A stretch of 64,000 nucleotides of DNA, taken from the NCBI RefSeq assembly GCF_000150275.1, contig NW_002060971.1, positions 473,487-537,486 on the forward strand, given 5' to 3'. A program made the translations under genes and the position numbers. Below, in pieces: positions 59,475 through 64,000 of the stretch (the first letter of the stretch is position 1; the number at the start of each line of letters is the position of its first letter). Under the pieces are notes generated by a model, which was not told the origin of the DNA, searched no databases, and saw only the letters and a list, made by a program, of their open reading frames with translations. Origin of the DNA: Trichoplax adhaerens. Lineage: Eukaryota; Animalia; Placozoa.

Positions 59475-60816
59475 CCGCACTAGATCAGACCATCAAGACC
59501 TCTAGCCATAAATTGAATTAAAGGAGAAACCTCTGCAATCTTTCTTGATATTGTCGATGTACCGGCAATATGCAATACAAATCATACACTTCTATAGATA
59601 GTACAATACAAGCATACAATCCTAACGAACTAGGATTAAACGTTCAATAAAACGAAGCGAGGCCGTCAGTTATATCGACGGGATGTTGCTAGTTATAATA
59701 ATTTTAATTTCAATATGCTGTACACTCAATACACTATATATTATACAATATGGTGTATTGCATCAAAATCCAATATTACTCTGAATTCCAACTGGTGCTT
59801 TATGCTAAAGTAGATGATATACTGTAAACTAAACTAAAAAGTATAAGTAAAAAGTATAAGTACAGTACAGTACTCATACAGTCAGACTATTGAATAGCAA
59901 CAAACAACTGTTTTTCCTCACAGAAGTGCTCATGTCTCCCTATTTTCAAACGTTAACTTATTCAAATAGCCATTACGTCGTAGAACTATTGACAATTCGC
60001 CTATACCGACGTCCATATTGTACAGTACAGGGTACAATCTAGGTCTTTTCCCCTCTACGGTTGATGACATGATTTTGAGCTACTTTAGTTCGAAATTAAT
60101 ACTGTAGCGATTGAGTGATGAGACTTTCTACTTCCTGCACTCATATTTAACCTTAGTCTATCAAGTCTGTGATAGGGTGGCTTATAGGGTCTCGACTCTA
60201 GAATTTATATAACTTATATAAGATCAAAGTGTTACATGTGTTATAGACTGAAATTGAATGAGTTCAACTCAGCACTTTGAAAGCATAAAGATTAGGAACA
60301 CTGCGTTGATGGTCCATTTTTTATTTATTCATATACTGTATACTACTAACTTGATCATCTGGTTCGACATTATCTCTCGTGCTTCTATCCTTGAAAATGA
60401 ACTTAATTTGCTATTTTTTTGCCAGCGGATCGGTAGAACTGTTCTATCTCTCTCTAGCGCACAATACATTGCACACTTTCAAATTGCAAAAGCGTTAACA
60501 TAATAAAGGGGTAAAGTAAATAAATACAAGTCTACAGTACGTGATCCACCATTACGACAGTAGCGCACATTAAGAAATTGAAAGGGCGTTTTTAAAGAGT
60601 TCATAACACATATATTACTATACATATATAATTTCTCTATCAAGAGGGTTCTGAATTGCAAGAATGCTTACGATTTGGCGGAAAGCCTTTCTAACTAGTT
60701 ATACACAAGCTATAAATGAAATTGATTTGATATCCAATTCCTGTGTTAAGCTTAATCAACTTCGATGTGATATTTACCATGATAATTGTGACATTTATAC
60801 GTTAAAGTATGAGTGA

Positions 60817-61500
60817 ATGAAAGCTGATGAGTTCATGGAGAAGGAACAACTTGCAGATAACGTGCAAAATGAAATCAGAATAGCTCAAAGTTCAGATAGA
60901 AAAGGCGAGATTAAAAGTTTATGAGGGGATTGGAATGGAGCACTATAAGACTGTCAGAAATCGCTTAAAATGAAACTAAAATGCTTAGGTGAAAATGATT
61001 ACCTGTTGCTGATTCACTTTATCAAATTGGGCGCATTTACATTTCTTAAGGCCAATATAAATTGGCTCATGCAGAAACGGACAAATCGCAGAAAAATTGG
61101 ATCGTCAATTTTTGATCAAATTCATCCCCATTTTGCGAGCTCATGTCGCATAAAAGGACTGGTTCTTTCGATTCAAGACCAGTCTGATTTGGGTCTATCT
61201 AATTCGGTCCCATCTATGTTTGAAAAATTACCGAAAATTCAAACATCAGTCTTTGATCTCAATCATCCTAATGTTACTGATTCATTTTGCGACGTAGGAG
61301 TTGTCTATGTGCGTAACCAAAACAAGAGTAAAGAGGTTCATTCTATGTTTCAAATGTCACTGGAAATTCGAAAACCAATCCTTGATCACAATTATCCTAA
61401 TGTTGCTAAATTGTACAACTATATTGGAAGGGCCAATTTTTTCAAAATAAGTACGAAGAGGCTCTTCTACGCTTGATCAAGCACTCAATAACCAATAATC
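60817..61500 (+). pseudogene. Decayed TPR-repeat gene (kinesin-light-chain/nephrocystin-3-like 42-aa TPRs)
   Basis: Units read KSLKMKLKCLGEND, KIQTSVFDLNHPNVTDSFCDVGVVY and SLEIRKPILDHNYPNVAKLYNYIG. The frame from ATG 60817 contains TGA at 60922 and TAA at 60946. An apparent frameshift in the T-run at ~61440 restores QNKYEEAL. Confidence 0.75.
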
Positions 61501-61504
61501 AAAT

Positions 61505-61614
61505 TATACATCCTTTCGTTTCCTTAACATCGGGATGGTTGTTACCCAAGACTAATTGTCTGATTTGTCTTGGGTAACAACCAACCCGATGTTAAGGAAA
61601 CGAAAGGATGTATA
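61505..61614. mobile_element. Palindromic MITE-like element
   Basis: Two 48-bp inverted arms (61505-61552 and 61567-61614, one mismatch) surround a 14-bp spacer, with TATA at both ends. Confidence 0.75.
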
Positions 61615-64000
61615 GCATTGGTTAACCGAGAGCCGATATCGCGTTATGATGCATTGATGTTATGTTTATGTCATAGTTATCTTTAACTATCAGTTATCCA
61701 CAATTGAATAAGATTCCACAAAAATTATTACAATTTACTTGAACTATTTTTATTATACTAACGTTCCATTTTACTTTATAAGAACAGAATAGCCAACTAT
61801 ATTTTGAGTAATGAATTAATATCACCAATCAGCATAAAAAATACAAGACTAACTCTCATTATAACTTACTATAACTACAAAACTTGTCTCATTCGGTCTT
61901 CTTTAAAGCAAAATACAAACGACATAATTAGCTATTTTAGTCAATATCCATGCGTAGTGATGCATCTTATATTTGATTACAGTGATAGCTATATTTGATA
62001 TAGTCAGGTTGCTATGAATAGATATTATCGTAATGCTAGCATTAAAGTAGAGGATCACATACTACTATATTAGAAATTGTTGATGACTAATCTTAGTCAA
62101 TTGACTAATTATGGTACAAGAATTATTTTATATGATATATTATAATTGTAAAGATTTCCAAAACCGAAACGTGCTGGACATTATTAGAAGAGTAGTGATA
62201 TCTTATGTAGAATGATTTGATTGCAGAAAATAATGATGTTCTATTTAAGGGAAGTCTTCTGTTTAATAACTCAAGCCTGATTGTAGTTAATTATATTATC
62301 ATAAATGGATTTAACGAAATATATTTAAGAACTGTAGAGATGAGCTCAAAACAGACAGACTTCAATTCATGAATGGACTACGGACCTTACTTGCAAAACT
62401 AAAATATTTTCTAAATGCAAAATCTTTACTTAATTCACGAAACAGTTCTTTGAGGAACAGTAGATTAAATTGATCGGATAATATCAATTATGGATATTAA
62501 AATAGACTGCAATCATTTTTGTATATCTACTTGATCTGGTAGAGATTTCTTTCCATATTGTCGATATTTATCACAAGGATAGCTAACAGCATGCAGCAAT
62601 CTAGTGCAGAAGACCTACTAAAATAGTACTGCGTGTGCTATAATCTACACAGTTGTCTAATTTCCTTTATATAGGTATACGTATGTATAATTTGGGCGAC
62701 GTCATGTTTAACTGTAAGCGAGTGTCCATAACCTTCTGAAATGCCTCTTTAAAGCTACTTCTATCAGTATACGATACAAACCCTAAATTATTGCTATAGT
62801 TACTATAGTAACCATTTTTTTCCGTCGATCGTCTTCTGCAGCAGTAATACTATGGTACAATATGGTACAACTTAAATTCATGCATACTATTATTTTTATT
62901 TGATGCCTAAATCAATAAAACAGACGACTAACTCGTTGGCTGTTTCGTACTTTATTGTACTACTTGCAAAGTACTCCTTATTAAGGAAAGGTACTATAGA
63001 TAACCATCAGGTGTTACTAGTAGTCCCAGTTATAGTATTTAGATGTGCTGATCAATGCGTGTATTTAGCATATATATATGCAGTTGGATAGAGCTGTTTA
63101 GCCGAGTAGAGTTTTATATCACCTGTCCTTCGCTTTTTATCCACTTGCTCCTGTTTGCAATAAGCAGCGCACAGTCGGATTGATAGAATTAAATCTACGT
63201 CACAGTAAAATCATCAAGTTGTTATTAGCCGATTATTAAAACATCCATTGGTAAGTGACCTATTCCGTTTGGTTATCCATCATTATACATTGTATTTCAA
63301 GTAAAAATAGAAATTAAAGATAGGTAAACGACGCCCACGAAACTATATTGCAAGCATTCTTTCTTATTTTGTGCTATCATTGATGTGGCTAGCATACATT
63401 TGCTGTTGTCTATTAGAATAAAACGATTGTTGTTTGATGGTTATTATGATTATGAGTTTAATGTATTTGTAAGCTGGAGTGCATTTTGTTAATGTACACG
63501 TAAATTAGTCTATTCTTTGGATTTAGTTTGGCATTGGTTGATGTCAGCACACGATTATCCGATAGTATTGTCTTCAGTAATCACCTACAGAGATTGATTG
63601 AATGATTTTCGGATAATCTTCCATGCGGAATGGATAGCGACATTGTAGAAGTTGATTTATTGATGCTTGAAAATTGTGTATAATGGAATAATTAATGTTG
63701 TTCTGTTGAACTACGACTGGCACGCAAGTACAATCATTCCGACATACCCTCATTAATGCATAGAGATAATATCGATCCGATGATTAGTAATTAATGGTTG
63801 CGACGAAGCTTGATTTGAATCTTATTTATCTCTAACCTGTCGCTCAAATCTTTAACTAACATACTATTGAATTGAGAGAAGAAAAAGATGGCTGATGATG
63901 AATCTGTCTGTTCCACGAGTGTGCTTCCTCACCATACCCGTATACAATCACTGTACGAAAAGGGCAACTCATGCAAGACCGCCTTCCAGTTGGTGGACGG

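Overview
AT-rich, intron-dense animal genomic DNA. The short introns, a GABA-B-like receptor and a 42-aa TPR family remnant suggest a placozoan such as Trichoplax; this is an inference. Three protein-coding genes lie on the minus strand. (1) 6481-38091 is a ~82-exon gene for a secreted protein of roughly 4,500 aa. Its order is signal peptide, 10 EGF, 7 tandem CASPR/Neurexin-IV-type fibrinogen-like domains, 3 EGF, VWD(GDPH)-C8-TIL, ~43 EGF, 2 follistatin/Kazal, TSP1, follistatin/Kazal and a C-terminal cystine knot. I do not recognise this architecture from any named protein. (2) 43412-51592 is a 16-exon divergent GABA-B-like class C GPCR with at least one GC-AG intron. (3) 57306-58781 is an intronless CYP4-clan cytochrome P450. 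A TPR pseudogene lies on the plus strand. The mobile DNA is not visible in the ORF track. It includes two ~98% identical 358-bp solo LTRs with 4-bp TSDs, one of which begins 14 bp after the P450 stop codon in sense orientation and carries an AATAAA. There is also a probable third solo LTR of another family, two Helitron-like termini, a 110-bp hairpin MITE and a very decayed LINE. All exon coordinates and counts were read by eye.
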